DNA from: an uncultured delta proteobacterium
Lineage (GTDB): Bacteria > Myxococcota_A > Polyangia > Palsa-1104
Direction of reading: 5' to 3'
DNA: 64,000 nt
NCBI GenBank assembly: GCA_963785725.1
Contig: CAWAWS010000002.1
Location: forward strand, 96,001-160,000
In this document: positions 60,909 through 64,000 of the stretch, piece by piece
Position numbering within the stretch: position 1 is the stretch's first letter
Layout of the letters: each line of letters begins with the position of its first letter
Notes under the pieces: generated by a model
Database searches by the model: none
Seen by the model: the letters and a program-made list of their open reading frames with translations, nothing else
Told to the model about the DNA's origin: nothing
Position numbers and translations under genes: made by a program

Positions 60909-61682
60909 GTGACGAATTCACGCCCTCCTCGTCGGCGACGACGCGACCGCGGCTTCTCGCTGCTCGTCGTCTTCATGCTCATCATCGTCATGGTCGGCGC
61001 CGCGGCGACGGTCATGCTCTCGACGCAGCAAGATCTCTCCGTCGCCGGCCAGGATCGCGAGGCGCTCGAGTCGTTCTATGCCGCCGAATATGCGGTGGCG
61101 CAGGCCAAAGACTACATCGCGTCGCTGACGACGGTCTTTTGGGGCGGCGCGGGGCCGGGTTGGACGCCGCTGTTGTCGTCGGGAATCGTGCAGCTCTGCG
61201 CGCCCAAGGGCGTCGCGTCGCCGCCGACGGCGCCGGGCACGCAGCTGCAGGCCACGAACCCCTACAACAACGCCTGGTCGATTCCGACGCCAGCAACGGG
61301 CACCAACGTGTTCGCGATCGGCACCAACAGCGTGCAGTGGGCCTGGTGCGTGCACAACGACGCCGAGGACATCAACTACATCGACTCGACGAAGGACACC
61401 GGCGGCGTCACCGGCGACAACAACGACGCCAACGACGCCTACCACCAGATCGTCATCGAGGGTTACGGGCAGATCGTGCCGACGGGCGTGACCAATCCCG
61501 TGCCGCTGGCCAAGGCGCACGTCACCGTCTACATCGGACCGCCCGGCAATGCTCCGACGGTGGCCGACAGCTGCTACCAGCAGCCGGGCGGCTGCGGCAC
61601 CAAGACCGGCAACGGCGGCGCCTCGGAGCAGAACATCACCGTCATCAACAACGGGGCTTCGACTACCGTGAGGGGGTTGTAA
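60909..61682 (+). CDS. pilX: PilX-like minor pilin
   Basis: Basic leader, RG|FSLLVVFML (class III signal without Glu5), FYAAEYAV..A, IVIEGYG. Confidence 0.8.
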   Translation: MTNSRPPRRRRRDRGFSLLVVFMLIIVMVGAAATVMLSTQQDLSVAGQDREALESFYAAEYAVAQAKDYIASLTTVFWGGAGPGWTPLLSSGIVQLCAPKGVASPPTAPGTQLQATNPYNNAWSIPTPATGTNVFAIGTNSVQWAWCVHNDAEDINYIDSTKDTGGVTGDNNDANDAYHQIVIEGYGQIVPTGVTNPVPLAKAHVTVYIGPPGNAPTVADSCYQQPGGCGTKTGNGGASEQNITVINNGASTTVRGL

Positions 61683-62128
61683 TGCGTCATTTGCTCGCGC
61701 TCGTCGTGATCGCGTGGGCCGTGCCGGCGCTGGCCGACGCGCGCGGAACGTCGGTCTATCAGGATCATTGCGCGCGCTGCCACGTCGTCGGACAGGGCGC
61801 GCCGCTGCGCGACAAGCCGAAGACGTTCATCGACATCACGCTCGCGGCCAAGCAGCACGATCGCAAGTGGCTGCTGTCGTTCATGCAGAAGCCGACGAGC
61901 GAAAAGGCCGACTCGGCGTGCCGCACGAAGCTGAGCGAGAAGGACGCGGACGACGTCTATCGCTTCCTCAAGAAGCTGTTGAAGGCGCCGCCGCCGGCGG
62001 ATCCGAACGCCGCGGCGGCGCCGCCCAACGCGATGCGGCTGAGCACCGGCAAACTGACGGCGGAGACGCCATGGCAGACGGCAGCGCCACCGCCCGCGCT
62101 CAAGCCGACGGGGATGGTGCATCGATGA
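61682..62128 (+). CDS. tfcP: TfcP-like c-type cytochrome with probable His/Cys ligation
   Basis: Signal peptide ending ALA; CARCH; WL..F..KP...ADSAC (Cys at the usual Met position); Pro-rich tail; between pilX and pilY1. Confidence 0.72.
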   Translation: MRHLLALVVIAWAVPALADARGTSVYQDHCARCHVVGQGAPLRDKPKTFIDITLAAKQHDRKWLLSFMQKPTSEKADSACRTKLSEKDADDVYRFLKKLLKAPPPADPNAAAAPPNAMRLSTGKLTAETPWQTAAPPPALKPTGMVHR

Positions 62129-64000
62129 GCCGCGTCATTAAGCTGGGCCTCGGTCTGATCATGTTGGCGCTGGCGCTGTTCGGCGTGCGTCGGGAGCTGC
62201 GCGTGCACGCCTTCGTCGGCGCCGCCGGCGCCAGCTGCATCGGCAACATCAACCGCCTGACCAACCCGAGCGGCTTTTCGTCGACCGACTTCTCGTCGTC
62301 GACATCGGTCGTCGTGCCGTCGAGCACGGGGGCGATCTCGCTCGACACGAACCAGGTGCCGCTCAATCCGCAGCAGATCGTCCTGCCGTTCGCGCAGGAC
62401 GTCGACGTCAAGTACGTGTATCGCAACGCCGGCGCTTCGCACATGCTCGGTTGGTTCTATTACGACCAGCTGAAGACGGGCAGCAAGCCCTTCGTCATCA
62501 CCACCAACGGCGTCGACTCGCTCGCCGACTGGGACAACGACGGCATCCCCGACTGGTTCCAGACAGCGAAAGGCACGTCGCGGCCGCAGGACGGACTGTG
62601 GCACATCACCGGCAGCAACACCGTCCCCGATCTGGCCAACAGCGGCTACACGTACAAAGATCAGACGAGCTTCTATTACGGCCACGTTCCGCACGTACTC
62701 GAGCTCCTCTCGGGCGTCGCCAACTCGACGGTCGCCGCCGACCACGCGCAAGACTTCATCTTCAAGATTTGCGACGACGACACCGACACGGCGTCGTGGC
62801 CGAGCGGCGCCGGCTACACACCTACCGCCGACGTCATCGGCTCGACCACCGTCGTCAGCACCAACAACCCGACCGGCACCAACCCCGACGGCATCCCCGA
62901 CTACGACGTCAACAACGACGGCATCGCCGGCAACGAGGCGGACCGCGCGTACGATCTCGGCACCGTGCAGGGCAACCGCGAGATCGTCTTCTTCGCGGTT
63001 ACGTCTTACAGCTCGAATCTGCATCGCGCCGGCCTCGGCCTCACCGGCTCTGGCTCCGACATTCAGACCGACAGCCAGCCGTGGTTCACCAAGAACCTGC
63101 TCAACCCCGATCGCGGCGGCTACGCGCCGGGCACGGTGTTGCAGAAGCAGGCCATCGGTTGCTCGCGCGACGACAGCGTGTGCTATCTCGCGCAGGGTGC
63201 GACGCTCGGCTGGCTCGACGCGACGACCATCTCGCGCCTCAACACTGCGCCCTACAACTATTTGCACCTCGATAACACCGTCAACACGATCGCCGTCGGA
63301 TCCGATGGCTCGGTGCCCCACTTCGTCGTCAACGCGCCGTCGACCGACCCCAACCGTTGGATCATGGCGCTCGACGATCAGCCCGAATATCCCGGCGCTT
63401 CCGACTCGGACTACAACGACGTCGTCTTCTTGATCGAGCGCACCAACGGCGGTCTCGTCGTCTCGCAGAACCAGGTCAAGTCGACCGACATTCCCACGGG
63501 CTCGACGGCCAACGACTACATGATCTCGAAGATTCGCCTGCGTTTCTCGGCCACCTATCCGCTGCCGGGCTGCACCGCCGCCGCCAACGCCAACATCCAG
63601 TTCTACTGGAGCGTCGACAACGTCAACTGGTATCCGGCCGGCTTCCCGACCGCGGCCACGTCGGGCGACATCACGATCGACGTGCTCTCGCTCGGCATCA
63701 TCGGCCATCAGGTCTATTGGAAGGCCAACTTCATCTCGTCGTCGCAGTACTGCCAGCCGGTGCTCAACAGCATGAACGTCGGCTACGAGGCCCTGCAGCA
63801 CGGCGAATACAAGTTCGACTCGCCGGTGCCGGCGGCCAACGTCGTCTTCTCGGGCAGCCTCGAGACGTCGAGCTCGCAGTGGACGGTCACGCGCAACGAC
63901 TACCGCTCGCGCGGCCACTTCTACTCGTCGCAGCTGTTCAACCCGACGACGCTGCAGGATTCGTCGATCGTCAATTGGGACTCGGGCACGGTCATGAACT
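62125..64000 (+). CDS. pilY1: PilY1-like adhesin with DUF4114 region (runs off window)
   Basis: ATGA overlap; MSRVIKLGLGLIMLAL...; IVLPFAQDV.VKYVYRNAGASHMLGWFYYD; DWDNDGIPD and DVNNDG Ca-type motifs; SDSDYNDVVFLIE. Confidence 0.75.
   Translation, partial: MSRVIKLGLGLIMLALALFGVRRELRVHAFVGAAGASCIGNINRLTNPSGFSSTDFSSSTSVVVPSSTGAISLDTNQVPLNPQQIVLPFAQDVDVKYVYRNAGASHMLGWFYYDQLKTGSKPFVITTNGVDSLADWDNDGIPDWFQTAKGTSRPQDGLWHITGSNTVPDLANSGYTYKDQTSFYYGHVPHVLELLSGVANSTVAADHAQDFIFKICDDDTDTASWPSGAGYTPTADVIGSTTVVSTNNPTGTNPDGIPDYDVNNDGIAGNEADRAYDLGTVQGNREIVFFAVTSYSSNLHRAGLGLTGSGSDIQTDSQPWFTKNLLNPDRGGYAPGTVLQKQAIGCSRDDSVCYLAQGATLGWLDATTISRLNTAPYNYLHLDNTVNTIAVGSDGSVPHFVVNAPSTDPNRWIMALDDQPEYPGASDSDYNDVVFLIERTNGGLVVSQNQVKSTDIPTGSTANDYMISKIRLRFSATYPLPGCTAAANANIQFYWSVDNVNWYPAGFPTAATSGDITIDVLSLGIIGHQVYWKANFISSSQYCQPVLNSMNVGYEALQHGEYKFDSPVPAANVVFSGSLETSSSQWTVTRNDYRSRGHFYSSQLFNPTTLQDSSIVNWDSGTVMN

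Overview
High-GC (~70%) bacterial chromosome segment whose gene content (elbD-type ether-lipid cluster, PilX/TfcP-like/PilY1-DUF4114, PEGA, TPR-CHAT, Ser/Thr kinase, many Cys-rich lipoproteins) points to Myxococcota, probably Polyangia-like. About 56 protein genes are supported. I found no rRNA, tRNA, CRISPR array or transposase. At least eight single-base insertions and one in-frame stop interrupt otherwise intact genes, including essential dnaE, so they are most likely sequencing or assembly errors. Best candidate for an undescribed system (19.6-24.1 kb): an apparently exported, lipidated TPR-CHAT (caspase-fold) protease followed by two divergent paralogous Cys-rich lipoproteins. Both lipoproteins end in C-x-G-x-C-I-stop, and each has its own sigma54 promoter plus a shared 22-bp palindromic site at the same distance. 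Other highlights: a 4-His cytochrome b561-like membrane protein paired with a Tat-exported double-Rieske protein, a signal-less HiPIP-like protein, a sigma54-driven RpoH-like sigma plus bEBP operon, a 124-bp MITE/REP-like element, a pervasive leaderless-mRNA signature, and D-[LM]-[AST] repeats in lipoprotein tethers.
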